Below are positions 10,665 to 20,397 of a stretch of DNA of 64,000 nucleotides, piece after piece. The first letter of the stretch is position 1, and each line of letters begins with the position of its first letter. Below the pieces are notes generated by a model. The model worked only from the letters and a program-made list of their open reading frames with translations. It was not told the origin of the DNA and ran no database searches. The position numbers and the translations under genes were made by a program. Location of the stretch: assembly GCA_050302475.1 (NCBI GenBank), contig JBNLBF010000008.1, forward strand, positions 64,121 to 128,120, read 5' to 3'. The stretch is from Paracoccaceae bacterium. GTDB taxonomy: Bacteria; Pseudomonadota; Alphaproteobacteria; Rhodobacterales; Rhodobacteraceae.

Positions 10665-11540
10665 TTAGTCGAACAGCTCCATCCAGCCGCTTGCATGGGA
10701 GACGATGGTCGGGGATCCGACGATACCCGCATCGAACGCCGATTTCCGGTTGCCACCACCGAAATAGTACCGTGCACCAATGCCGTAGAATGTGTCTTCC
10801 AGGATCTGGTCACCAAGTGTTTCATAGTAGTCATACCCAACGAAATACGTGATCGCGATCGGGTAAGAGGACAACAGATACTCGCCGCCCAGCTTCACGC
10901 GGTAGAATGTACCGTTTTCGCCGTCATCTTCGAAACCGGTTGTCTCTGCCGCATATTCAAAGTCCAGCGTGAAAGTGCTGCTGGCCGAATAGGCATAGCC
11001 CAGTCCACCGCGGAGCATGTATCCGTTGATAAAGCCGTTGCTGCCGCCATTTGCTGTCTGAACGTCACCGGCCGCAATCTGGGCATAGCCAAAGAAACCA
11101 GACCCGAAATCAGCCTGTCCTTCGATACCATAGAAGAGCACGTCATAGGATTCTGGTGAGCCGTTTTTGCTTTCCCCAAAGCCATAACCGACCAAACCAC
11201 CGATTTTGTAACCCGGTGCGATGTCATACAAAAGGTGCGCACCCACCGTATAGGTGTAAGGCACGTCGCTCGCGATAATTCCGCCGCCATTGGCCGAAAT
11301 ATCTTCGTACGAACCATCCAGCACCAACGACAAACCTGACGCGACGTTCAATGCGAATGCGCCTTCGAGTCCGTAAGATGATCCGGTATCGCTTTCGGTT
11401 ACGTCACCCGATGTAACAAACGAATGGCCGGAGTAGGAGAGCCCAACATAGCCTTCCATGATACTTTGTGCTTGAGAAGCGGTCCCTGCAAGTGCAAGCG
11501 AACCAACCCCAAAAATAAGTGTCGAGATTTTTCCTGACAT
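10665..11540 (-). CDS. outer-membrane beta-barrel protein (OMP_b-brl/porin-like)
   Basis: Start moved to MSGKISTLIFGVGSLALAGTASQAQS (signal peptide) preceded by GAGGG SD. Gly/Tyr-rich alternating beta-strand pattern. N-terminus resembles the two OMPs at 49-50 kb. Confidence 0.65.
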   Translation of the reverse strand: MSGKISTLIFGVGSLALAGTASQAQSIMEGYVGLSYSGHSFVTSGDVTESDTGSSYGLEGAFALNVASGLSLVLDGSYEDISANGGGIIASDVPYTYTVGAHLLYDIAPGYKIGGLVGYGFGESKNGSPESYDVLFYGIEGQADFGSGFFGYAQIAAGDVQTANGGSNGFINGYMLRGGLGYAYSASSTFTLDFEYAAETTGFEDDGENGTFYRVKLGGEYLLSSYPIAITYFVGYDYYETLGDQILEDTFYGIGARYYFGGGNRKSAFDAGIVGSPTIVSHASGWMELFD

Positions 11541-11796
11541 AATAACCCTCGTGTTTAGACTGTGCGTGACATAGGTGAATTTCTCGGTGTTGTCACCGAA
11601 AGCATTAAAAATTTTAGGTGAATTGTTGGGTTTGGCACAAATTGTGATCATTCGATCACGAACTCTTTGACCAATGTACATTTCCGCACAAAAACTGTGC
11701 AATCTCGCCTGCCCTCCGGCACGTTGTTTGTGATTGCGATCATTGCGCCAGACGGGACACTCTCCCAATCCTGAAAATTTGCGCTAAACTTCCCGT

Positions 11797-12441
11797 ATGA
11801 ATTTGCTGGTTTTTATATTTTATTTTTTTGCGGCGGTGTTGAGTTTCAACATATCGCAGGAACGAGCCTACCAAGCCGATGCAGATGCCAAGCGCATTGG
11901 CGATGTTCACATGATCGCGTCTCTCATGGAAGAGTATGTCGAGGTAACCGGAATGCTGCCCTTTGCAGAGGACTATGACTCAAGCGATTTGATTCATATC
12001 GTTCCAATCGGGTCGCTGGATGGGATGCAATCAGATCGAACCACGGGGACTCCGTTTGGGTTCTCGTTGCAGAATTACCATCCAACAGAGTTGTTGGACG
12101 CGTTGGAAGCCGGATTGAACCGTGATCTCACGATTCCGGTGGACCCGCAGAGACGACCGAACGGCGCGCCCATCGTCTATTACCTTGCGTTGCTACCTGA
12201 CGGGAACTGGGCTGTATTGGCTTTCCTGCGCTCTCCTCATCCACATGCGATTGAAGTTGCTCCGCGGGTCTTTGCTTACGGTGTTGCCTCGGTCTCCGGA
12301 TTGGAGTTCCTTTCGAGCTGGGGAATGGTCTGGCGTACAAATGCTGACATCCCAAGCGATGAATGGCGTCAGATCATGGAGGAACACCAGAACGCCAGCG
12401 CCAAATTCGGTCGCTACATGCCGCTGGAATATGATAATTGA
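11797..12441 (+). CDS. hypothetical protein with N-terminal membrane anchor
   Basis: 214 aa, N-terminal hydrophobic segment LLVFIFYFFAAVLSF, no recognisable motif. Low-GC region. Confidence 0.4.
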   Translation: MNLLVFIFYFFAAVLSFNISQERAYQADADAKRIGDVHMIASLMEEYVEVTGMLPFAEDYDSSDLIHIVPIGSLDGMQSDRTTGTPFGFSLQNYHPTELLDALEAGLNRDLTIPVDPQRRPNGAPIVYYLALLPDGNWAVLAFLRSPHPHAIEVAPRVFAYGVASVSGLEFLSSWGMVWRTNADIPSDEWRQIMEEHQNASAKFGRYMPLEYDN

Positions 12442-12563
12442 GGCGACATATGGTATTTCGTGAGGGACTGGGGAAGTGGACCAAAGTCCTGACTGCCGGT
12501 GAGCGCGCGACCCGGAGGATCGCAGGATATACGGATGTTAACTTTGACATTGAGTGACGGACC

Positions 12564-12809
12564 ATGCCCTATTTGCTGATCCTTGGTTTTCTGATTTTCA
12601 TGGTGTTTATTTTCAGGGCGAATTCTCGTCTGCCTAAAAACAGTGAGGATCGTTCACGTCGTAACAGATGCCGTTGGAAGAAAGATAGGAACGGTGGGCG
12701 CGGGTCTCTCAACCGGTTTGTATGTAAGACATGTGGAGTTGATGCGTTCGTGAAAGGTAACAAACCGCCGCGCGAATGCAAAAAAATAACTAAGCACGTC
12801 ACTCTTTAG
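12564..12809 (+). CDS. hypothetical small membrane/Cys-cluster protein
   Basis: 81 aa, N-terminal TM (LLILGFLIFMVFIF), basic region, C-terminal CKTCG...C motif. Low GC. Confidence 0.3.
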   Translation: MPYLLILGFLIFMVFIFRANSRLPKNSEDRSRRNRCRWKKDRNGGRGSLNRFVCKTCGVDAFVKGNKPPRECKKITKHVTL

Positions 12810-12818
12810 GGGCATAAA

Positions 12819-12986
12819 ATGGAAGACATTACCTCAAACACGCTACAACGCGCCGGGCAATTTGTATCCGATGTGTTCGGTCCTGAAATCGGAGCCTTTT
12901 TCGAGGGTGACAAGGCCATCGTCGGTTGGGGCGGCGTCGCGGCAGTAATTTTTATCGTGGTTCTGCTGCTCAGAGGACGCCGGTGA
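12819..12986 (+). CDS. putative 55-aa tail-anchored membrane peptide (not in ORF track)
   Basis: ATG 12819 to TGA 12986, MEDITSNTLQRAGQFVSDVFGPEIGAFFEGDKAIVGWGGVAAVIFIVVLLLRGRR. Stop overlaps probable GTG start (12983) of downstream GNAT gene. Confidence 0.25.
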   Translation: MEDITSNTLQRAGQFVSDVFGPEIGAFFEGDKAIVGWGGVAAVIFIVVLLLRGRR

Positions 12987-13441
12987 ATGTTCGGCCTGCA
13001 GATTCTGGTGATATCGCCGCGCTGACGGACCTGATCTTCCGATCCAAGGCGTCAAACGGGTATGACGACGACTTCATGGAGGCTTGCCGGGAGGAGCTGC
13101 GCATCACCCCCGACAAGCTGAGAGAAGCGGAATATTGGGTGGCCGAAGACGATAGCCTCGCCGGTTGCGTTGCGCTGACGGTCACGGGTCAGGAAGCGGA
13201 GGTCGAGAATTTCTTCGTCGCCCCCGAACGCCAACGGCAAGGTGTTGGGCGTTTACTGTGGGACAGGGTGATGGACCGTGTTGCGGCGCTGCAGATTATG
13301 CGCCTGACACTTGACGCCGACCCCAACGCCGTCCCGTTCTATGAAGCGATGGGCTTTCGCACCTATGCCGAAAGCCCCTCAGGCTCGATCCCAGGGCGTA
13401 TGTTGCCGAAGATGGAGCTATTGGTTCAGTTGAACACGTAA
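12926..13441 (+). CDS. GNAT family N-acetyltransferase
   Basis: Acetyl-CoA binding motif RQRQGVGRLLWDRV. Probable true start is GTG at 12983. Confidence 0.7.
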   Translation: MGRRRGSNFYRGSAAQRTPVNVRPADSGDIAALTDLIFRSKASNGYDDDFMEACREELRITPDKLREAEYWVAEDDSLAGCVALTVTGQEAEVENFFVAPERQRQGVGRLLWDRVMDRVAALQIMRLTLDADPNAVPFYEAMGFRTYAESPSGSIPGRMLPKMELLVQLNT

Positions 13442-13836
13442 ACGGCCAGCGCGACGGCGATCAGTGCCAGCGGGCCATTCAGCTTTCCAAGATTTTCCAG
13501 TTTCGGATCCGGCGGTGTGCCCGCCTTCACATGGGCGCGCATCTTCATCGCCACATAGATATTGATCAGCAGTATGCCCAAGGCTGCCAGCAGCTTGAGG
13601 TAAAACAGAACGCCCAATCCGGTCAGCCCATTGGGAAGGACCAGCGCGATTCCTGAAAGCCATAGCAACAATATACCGGCCATCCCGAATATCCCCAGCA
13701 CCGGTTTCATAACCTTCACGGCCTCTGCCGCGCCGCCGTTGGTCTTTTTCATCGCGATGGCGGTGACCATATGACCGATCCCGGCCCCGGCCCCCATCAT
13801 CAGACCCAGAAAATGAATGAATTTTACGATTTCCAT
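13426..13836 (-). CDS. hypothetical integral membrane protein
   Basis: Four predicted TM helices. Start set to ATG 13836 (MEIVKF) with GGAGAG SD. Confidence 0.5.
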   Translation of the reverse strand: MEIVKFIHFLGLMMGAGAGIGHMVTAIAMKKTNGGAAEAVKVMKPVLGIFGMAGILLLWLSGIALVLPNGLTGLGVLFYLKLLAALGILLINIYVAMKMRAHVKAGTPPDPKLENLGKLNGPLALIAVALAVYVFN

Positions 13837-13948
13837 GATTACTCTCCCTCTCTCCAAGGGGGATATATCATGGTTTTCACCATCTGCGTAGAATCTATGA
13901 TCACAAGCGAAAATGATTGCGCATCACAGTGCGGAGAAAGCCTACGCG

Positions 13949-14890
13949 CTAGCGGATACGTCCCTCGATAGCTTCCCAGATCTTTTCCGCGACATTGATC
14001 CCGTCAAACCGTTCCAACTCCTGTATCCCGGTGGGGGAGGTCACGTTGATCTCGGTTAGCATTCCGCCGATCACGTCGATGCCGACAAATATCTGCCCCT
14101 TCTCACGCAGCAACGGGCCAATGGCCGCGCAGATTTCGCGTTCCCGCTCCGTCAGCCCGATTTTCTCGGGCCGACCACCGACATGCATGTTCGACCGGGT
14201 TTCCCCGTCTGCCGGGACACGGTTGATGGCGCCGACAGGTTCCCCGTCGACAAGGATGATCCGTTTGTCACCCGCCGACACATCCGGCAGGAATTTCTGC
14301 GCGATCAGTGGCTCGCGGTTGATACCGGTGAATAGCTCGTAAAGGGATGAAAAGTTGCGGTCATTCGGGTCCAGCCGGAACACGCCCGCCCCGCCATTGC
14401 CGTACAAAGGCTTCAGGATGATATCCCCGTGCTTCGCCTTGAACGCTTTCAGCGTCGCCATATCCCGCGCAATGGTCGTTGGCGGAGTCAGGTCAGGGAA
14501 TTGCAGCACCAGTAGCTTTTCCGGATAATTCCGTACCCAGAACGGGTCGTTGACCACCAATGTATCCGGATGGATCATATCCAGAATATGCGTCGTGGTG
14601 ATATAGCCCATGTCGAACGGCGGGTCCTGGCGCAGCCAGACGACGTCCCAATCGGCAAGATCGATTTCCTGCGCTTCGCCCAGCGTGTAATGGTTTCCAA
14701 CCTCGCGCCGCACGGTCAGCGGCCAGCCATAGGCGGTGACGCGCCCTTCCTGAAAGGCCAGCTTGTCTGGCGTGTAGTAGAACAATTCATGCCCGCGTGC
14801 CTGCGCTTCCTCCGCAATGCGGAAGGAGCTATCGGCGTTGATGTCGATATGATCAATCGGGTCCATCTGGATGGCAACTTTGAGGGGCAT
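13949..14890 (-). CDS. gshB: glutathione synthetase
   Basis: 313 aa, ATP-grasp. Full-length similarity to GshB ([13 protein letters not shown]...[13 protein letters not shown]). Confidence 0.92.
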   Translation of the reverse strand: MPLKVAIQMDPIDHIDINADSSFRIAEEAQARGHELFYYTPDKLAFQEGRVTAYGWPLTVRREVGNHYTLGEAQEIDLADWDVVWLRQDPPFDMGYITTTHILDMIHPDTLVVNDPFWVRNYPEKLLVLQFPDLTPPTTIARDMATLKAFKAKHGDIILKPLYGNGGAGVFRLDPNDRNFSSLYELFTGINREPLIAQKFLPDVSAGDKRIILVDGEPVGAINRVPADGETRSNMHVGGRPEKIGLTEREREICAAIGPLLREKGQIFVGIDVIGGMLTEINVTSPTGIQELERFDGINVAEKIWEAIEGRIR

Positions 14891-15124
14891 TCGGGTCTCC
14901 GCATTTTGGTCAGCAAAATGTAGCGGCTCCGGCGGCGATTACCAGACCTGATCAGCGGAGAAATCGAAAAGCGTGCCTAGAGTGTGAACGCATCCAGACT
15001 GCTGGCAACCACCGACGCGAAACTGAGCGCGAGGACGGTGGCGTAAAATATGATGGCACGTCTGGACATGGACCTCTCCTTCAATCGGACAGGTGTGATA
15101 CGGATCATGACGCAGTTTCCGTCG

Positions 15125-15475
15125 CTACCAGACCTCGGCCAGCGCGTTTTCGAGGATTTCTGCACCACCATTGCGGTCCGTGATCACAAGATCGAACCGC
15201 ATGTCGGTATCGAGCGGGCGTTCCGTTTCCGCCAGATATTGCTCTGCCATCCGGAACAGCCGTTGTTGCTGCGCAGCACTGACCGCGCCCGCAGCATCGT
15301 CAAGCGATTTGCGCGCTTTCACTTCGACAAATACCAGCACACCAGCCAGTTCAACGATTAGATCAATCTCGCCACCCCGCTTTCGCCAACGGCGTTCCAA
15401 GACTTTGCCCTGCTGTGCCTCATATAGCCGCGCGGCGATGTCTTCGGCGGCGAGGCCGTTTTGATAGTTGCTCAT
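15125..15475 (-). CDS. yraN: YraN family (UPF0102) putative endonuclease
   Basis: 116 aa. GEIDLI..VFVEVKAR motif of the YraN/PD-(D/E)xK family. 4-nt overlap with rsmI. Confidence 0.85.
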   Translation of the reverse strand: MSNYQNGLAAEDIAARLYEAQQGKVLERRWRKRGGEIDLIVELAGVLVFVEVKARKSLDDAAGAVSAAQQQRLFRMAEQYLAETERPLDTDMRFDLVITDRNGGAEILENALAEVW

Positions 15476-16323
15476 TTCCCCGCCAACTCCAGCGCACGGG
15501 CATAGACCTGCTTGCGCTTCAGTCCCAGTTGCTGGGACACAAAGGCAGCCGCGTCTTTGACCGACATTTCCGCCAGCGCAGCCTGCAATGCCGTATCGAG
15601 GTCGGCTTCATCCGGGGCTTCATCACCTGGCGGGCCAACGACAATGACAATCTCGCCCTTGGGGGCTTGGGGGTAAGCGTCAGCGAGTGCCGTCAATGTC
15701 CCGCGCTTTACCTCCTCGAATTTCTTGGTCAGCTCCCGGCAGACCGCCGCCGGACGGTCACCAAGAACCTCGGCCATCAGCGCTAGCGTATCGGACAAGC
15801 GGCGCGGGCTTTCATAAAAGACCAGCGTTGCGTCAATCCCCGACAGCCCTTCGACAAATGTTCGCCTTGCCTGTGCCTTCACCGGCAGGAATCCGGCAAA
15901 CATGAACCGGTCCGTCGGCAACCCAGCCACCGCCAGCGCCGCCAGCAATGCGGAGGCCCCGGGAGCGGATGTGACAGGCAATTCGTCAGCAATCATTGCC
16001 GCCGCCAGCTTGTAGCCAGGATCAGCAATCAGTGGTGTTCCAGCGTCTGACATATAGGCCACCGATTTCCCCCCTTTCACCGCGCGGACCAGACGGGTCC
16101 GTTCGGCTTCTGAGGAGTGATCGTGATAGGCAAGAAACGGCCTGCCATTCAGCTTTACCCCGTGAATATCCAGCAATTTGCGGGAATTTCGCGTGTCCTC
16201 CGCCGCCAACACATCGGCACGAGATAATATATCTAGTGCGCGCAACGTAATATCTGCTGCGGTTCCGATGGGCGTGGACACAAGATATAGTCCTGCGGCA
16301 AGCTGTGATGCCGTTTCGGTCAC
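15472..16323 (-). CDS. rsmI: 16S rRNA (cytidine1402-2'-O)-methyltransferase RsmI
   Basis: 283 aa tetrapyrrole-methylase fold (LYLVSTPIGTAADITLRALDIL...AAEDTR). GTG start. Confidence 0.9.
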   Translation of the reverse strand: MTETASQLAAGLYLVSTPIGTAADITLRALDILSRADVLAAEDTRNSRKLLDIHGVKLNGRPFLAYHDHSSEAERTRLVRAVKGGKSVAYMSDAGTPLIADPGYKLAAAMIADELPVTSAPGASALLAALAVAGLPTDRFMFAGFLPVKAQARRTFVEGLSGIDATLVFYESPRRLSDTLALMAEVLGDRPAAVCRELTKKFEEVKRGTLTALADAYPQAPKGEIVIVVGPPGDEAPDEADLDTALQAALAEMSVKDAAAFVSQQLGLKRKQVYARALELAGK

Positions 16324-16416
16324 GCGTGACCTCCCGTTTCCAAAAGCTATCGTTTACTTGGACGGGCCAAATCCGTAATCTGCCCGCAACGCGACTCTAC
16401 TGATACATATCTGATA

Positions 16417-17613
16417 TTGCGAGGAAATATGTTCAAACCTTTAACCGCAATTCTGCGCCCGGCCCGCGCTTTCCTGCTGGGCCTGATGGCGCTGACGCTG
16501 GCGGCCTGTGACGGGATGCCGGTTGGCCCCGGTCCGGCCGTTGACCCTAATGAGCCCGTGATCGTTGCGCTGATGGTTCCGCGCGGATCAGGTGAGGCCT
16601 CAAACGATAATCTGGCCAACGCCCTGGTGAATGCCGCCCGCATGGCGAGCGCTGACATTGGCGGCGCAGATATTGATCTTCGGATTTATAATACCGCGGC
16701 TGATGCGGCGACCGCCTCGGCCGAAGCCACGCGTGCGATCACCGAAGGGGCGCAGATCATTCTTGGTCCGCTCTATTCCAGCGTTACACCGTCGGTGGCA
16801 GCGGTTGCAGCACAAAACAATATCAAGGTTATCAGCTTTTCGAACAATTCGGACATTGCCGGTGGGAACACCTTTATCATCGGAACAACTTTCGAAGATG
16901 TTGCCGCCCGATTGATGGGCTGGTCCGTCAATCAGGGTAAAGTGAATGTTGGCGTTATCTATCAGGACGGGGTTGAAGGGACCTCCGCTCTGGAAGCCGC
17001 GCAAGCGGCAGCGCGTGCGACGGGCGCAAACCTGTCGACGACCTCGTCTTATCCGCTGAACATGCAGGGCTTGAGTGAATCCGCCCCGACGATCGCCGCC
17101 AATATGAAGGCAGCCGGTGTTCAATCGATCCTGTTCACCGATACCCCGACGCGGGGATTGCCCTTCATTATGGCCGCGCTTGGCAGCGATGGTGTGACCC
17201 GCGATAACACGCAGTTCATGGGTCTGACGCGCTGGGATGCCTCGCCGGAACTGTTACAGCAACCCTCGGCGCAAGGGGCGGTCTTCGCTGTGCCTGATCC
17301 GGGTCTGACCGCACAGTTCAATGGTCGCTACACAGCACAGTTCGGGGCGGAGCCACATAACCTTGCCCCGCTTGCCTACGACGCTGTGGCAGCAGTTGGC
17401 GCACTGGTCAAATCCGCGCGGCTCGAAGGTGCGACGGATCCGTTCTCCGTGGATCGCATAACCAATCCGGCAGGGTTTGTTGGCGTGGGCGGGATCTTCC
17501 GCTTTACCAGCGCCGGGCTGAACCAGCGTGGCCTAGCCGTGTTGGAGGTTGTCGATGGTAGTGCAATTGTCGTAGAAGCGGCCCCACGTAACTTTGGTGG
17601 TGTCGGGTTCTGA
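16417..17613 (+). CDS. LpoA-like penicillin-binding protein activator / periplasmic-binding-fold lipoprotein
   Basis: 398 aa. Lipobox LTLAAC, type-I PBP (ANF-receptor-like) fold. Divergent from rsmI-yraN as yraM/lpoA is in E. coli. Confidence 0.6.
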   Translation: MRGNMFKPLTAILRPARAFLLGLMALTLAACDGMPVGPGPAVDPNEPVIVALMVPRGSGEASNDNLANALVNAARMASADIGGADIDLRIYNTAADAATASAEATRAITEGAQIILGPLYSSVTPSVAAVAAQNNIKVISFSNNSDIAGGNTFIIGTTFEDVAARLMGWSVNQGKVNVGVIYQDGVEGTSALEAAQAAARATGANLSTTSSYPLNMQGLSESAPTIAANMKAAGVQSILFTDTPTRGLPFIMAALGSDGVTRDNTQFMGLTRWDASPELLQQPSAQGAVFAVPDPGLTAQFNGRYTAQFGAEPHNLAPLAYDAVAAVGALVKSARLEGATDPFSVDRITNPAGFVGVGGIFRFTSAGLNQRGLAVLEVVDGSAIVVEAAPRNFGGVGF

Positions 17614-17616
17614 TAG

Positions 17617-20397
17617 ATGAATGCTGAAATGGCGATTGTGAAAGTGGGGGAGTCGTTGGGCTCCCCCGCTGAGATTCTGGATATTGCGTCATTACGCAAA
17701 TCCTTGCGCGCGGCGCTGAAAGACGTCAAAGGCGAACAGGATATGCGTGCCGCTGCCGTTCCGGTATTGCGCGATGCCTATGCTGAAAGTCGCAATCGTA
17801 TCGCCACCGCCCTTAAGGACAATCCTTATGCCGCGCCGGACGCCATTCGGGCTTATACCTTTGTCACCGACGAAATTGTCAAACTGGCGTTCGAGGTTGC
17901 CCGCATCTGGATGCATCCGCGCGCGAAATCTTTGGATCAGATCAGTATTCTTGCGGTGGGCGGCTATGGCCGTGCCGAGATGGCCCCGTTTTCCGACGTT
18001 GACTTGCTGTTCCTGACCCCGAAACGCGCCAACAAGACCGTCGATACCTTTATTGAGAGTGCGCTCTACATCCTTTGGGATCTGCGCCTGAAAGTCGGCC
18101 ACGCCGTGCGCACGGTGGAGGATTGCCTGACGCTTGGGCGCGACGATATCACCATCCGCACCGCGCTGCTTGAGCACCGTTTTCTTTACGGGGATCAGAA
18201 ACTGGCGGAGACGCTCGATACGCAACTCTGGTCGAAACTGTTCGCCAATACCGGCCCGGAATTTGTCGAAGCCAAGCTGGACGAACGCGACGAACGCCAT
18301 AAGAAAAACGGTGGCGCACGTTACGTTGTGGAACCGAACGTTAAAGAGGGCAAAGGCGGGTTGCGTGACCTTCAGACCCTGTTCTGGATTGCCAAATACC
18401 TCTACCATGTTGACAGCCCCGAAGCCCTGATCGAGCGCGGAGTCTACACTGCCGAAGAATACCAGGTTTTCGCGGATGCCGAGGCGTTTCTGTGGACCAC
18501 CAGATGCCATCTTCATCTTTGCGCCGGGCGCGCGACTGAACTCCTGACCTTTGACATGCAGGTCGAAGTTGCCCGCGCACTGGGATTCAAAGATGGGGGA
18601 GGGCGGCGCGCGGTCGAGCATTTCATGCAGGAATATTTCCGCCACGCGACCCATGTGGGTGAACTGACACGGATATTCCTGGCGGTGCTGGAATCCGAAC
18701 ATGTGAAAAACCGCCCAAGCTTCGGGCGGTCGATTCTGAACGCCATCACCTTTAGCCGTGATCCGACGGCGGAAGCCTATTTGCTGGACAATGGACGCCT
18801 GAATATCAAGGAACCGAAGGCATTTCTGAAGGACCCGCTCAATATCCTGCGCGTCTTTGACGAGGCGTTGAAATCCGACATTCTGATCCATCCCGATGTG
18901 ATGCGGCTGATTGCGCGGAACCTCGACCTGATCGACGACAAGATGCGCAAAGACGCCGAGGCGAACCGGATTTTCCTCGATCTGCTGTTGAACCGGGGCA
19001 ACCCGGAGCGAGCGTTGCGGCGCATGAACGAAATTGGTGTGCTTGGCGCTTTCATGCCCGAATTCGGGCGGATCGTGGCGATGATGCAGTTCAACATGTA
19101 TCACTCCTACACGGTGGATGAACATACGATCCAGTGCATCTCGACATTGGCGCAGATCGAACATGGCGAGCTGAAGGAAAGCCTGCCGGTGGCCTCTTCG
19201 ATTCTGGAAAAAGGCGTGAACCGGAAAGTTCTTTATGTGGCGCTGCTGCTGCACGACATCGGCAAGGGCCTGCCGGAGGATCATTCCGAAGCCGGCGCAA
19301 AGATTGCCGAGGAAGTTGCCCCGCGCCTTGGCCTTGACGAGGATGAAGTCGAGACCGTCGTCTGGCTGGTCCGTAACCACCTGTTGATGTCGGATGTGGC
19401 GCAGAAACGCGACCTGTCCGACCCCCGTACCGTGCGCGATTTCGCCGAGGAAGTGCAGCGCCGCACGCGGCTGAAGCTTCTGACAGTGCTGACCGCGTGC
19501 GACATTCGTGGCGTCGGACCGGGGATCTGGAACAACTGGAAGGCGGTGCTGCTGCGCGACCTCTATTCCCAGACCCGGTTGCTCTTGCGTGACGGCGAGC
19601 AGGCTTTCGCCGGGCGCCACCGCGAGGAAACCGCGAAAGAGCACCTGTCCAAAGCGCTGAAAGACTGGAGCAATGCCGACGTCCAACGCGAGTTGGAGCG
19701 TCATTATGAACCCTATTGGCTGGGACTGGACACCGAAACGCAAGTGATCTTTGCCGAGCTGATCCGCGAGTCCAAACCCGACGAGCCGGTTAGCAGGATC
19801 GAACCGGACAGCTACCGCGATGCGACCCGCGCCTGTTTTGTCATGCACGACCATCCCGGCGTGTTCGCCCGCCTGACGGGGGCGCTGGCGCTGGCGGGGG
19901 CGAACGTGGTGGATGCCCGTCTTTATACTTCGTCTGACGGGATCGCGACCGCTGTGTTCTGGATTCAGGACATCGAAGGCCACCCCTATGACGCCACCCG
20001 TCTGAAGCCGCTGCAAAGCATGGTCACGCGCATTCTGAAAGGCGAGGTCATCGCCCGCGACGCGCTGAAGACCAAAGATAAATACAAGAAGCGCGAGCGT
20101 GAATTTATCGTGCCCACGGCGATTACCTTCGACAATGAGGGCTCCGACATTTTCACCATTATCGAGGTCGACACCCGCGACCGCCGCGGATTGCTGTTCG
20201 ATCTGGCGCGGACGCTGACGGACTGCAATATCTCGGTCTCGTCGTCGATCATTGCGACATATGGGGAACAGGCGGTGGATGCGTTTTATGTGAAAGACCT
20301 GTTCGGGCATAAAATTCATTCGAAATCCCGGCAGGAAAGCATCGAAAAACGTCTGCGCGAAGCGATCGACAAAGGGCAGGAGGTTGCCTCCGCATGA
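17617..20397 (+). CDS. glnD: [protein-PII] uridylyltransferase/uridylyl-removing enzyme GlnD
   Basis: 926 aa. Nucleotidyltransferase GG..S..DLL, HD domain (LLHDIGKG), C-terminal ACT domains. Confidence 0.95.
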   Translation: MNAEMAIVKVGESLGSPAEILDIASLRKSLRAALKDVKGEQDMRAAAVPVLRDAYAESRNRIATALKDNPYAAPDAIRAYTFVTDEIVKLAFEVARIWMHPRAKSLDQISILAVGGYGRAEMAPFSDVDLLFLTPKRANKTVDTFIESALYILWDLRLKVGHAVRTVEDCLTLGRDDITIRTALLEHRFLYGDQKLAETLDTQLWSKLFANTGPEFVEAKLDERDERHKKNGGARYVVEPNVKEGKGGLRDLQTLFWIAKYLYHVDSPEALIERGVYTAEEYQVFADAEAFLWTTRCHLHLCAGRATELLTFDMQVEVARALGFKDGGGRRAVEHFMQEYFRHATHVGELTRIFLAVLESEHVKNRPSFGRSILNAITFSRDPTAEAYLLDNGRLNIKEPKAFLKDPLNILRVFDEALKSDILIHPDVMRLIARNLDLIDDKMRKDAEANRIFLDLLLNRGNPERALRRMNEIGVLGAFMPEFGRIVAMMQFNMYHSYTVDEHTIQCISTLAQIEHGELKESLPVASSILEKGVNRKVLYVALLLHDIGKGLPEDHSEAGAKIAEEVAPRLGLDEDEVETVVWLVRNHLLMSDVAQKRDLSDPRTVRDFAEEVQRRTRLKLLTVLTACDIRGVGPGIWNNWKAVLLRDLYSQTRLLLRDGEQAFAGRHREETAKEHLSKALKDWSNADVQRELERHYEPYWLGLDTETQVIFAELIRESKPDEPVSRIEPDSYRDATRACFVMHDHPGVFARLTGALALAGANVVDARLYTSSDGIATAVFWIQDIEGHPYDATRLKPLQSMVTRILKGEVIARDALKTKDKYKKREREFIVPTAITFDNEGSDIFTIIEVDTRDRRGLLFDLARTLTDCNISVSSSIIATYGEQAVDAFYVKDLFGHKIHSKSRQESIEKRLREAIDKGQEVASA

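Noticed and set aside
14977-15171. 64-aa minus-strand ORF whose C-terminal 30 aa (MSRRAIIFYATVLALSFASVVASSLDAFTL) look like a small TM peptide
   Set aside because: It sits in the gshB-yraN spacer with no SD, and the hydrophobic stretch could arise by chance. Not enough support to call it a gene.
17692-20319. 875-aa minus-strand ORF
   Set aside because: It is entirely antisense to glnD, whose + strand product has unambiguous NTase/HD/ACT domains. This is a shadow ORF.
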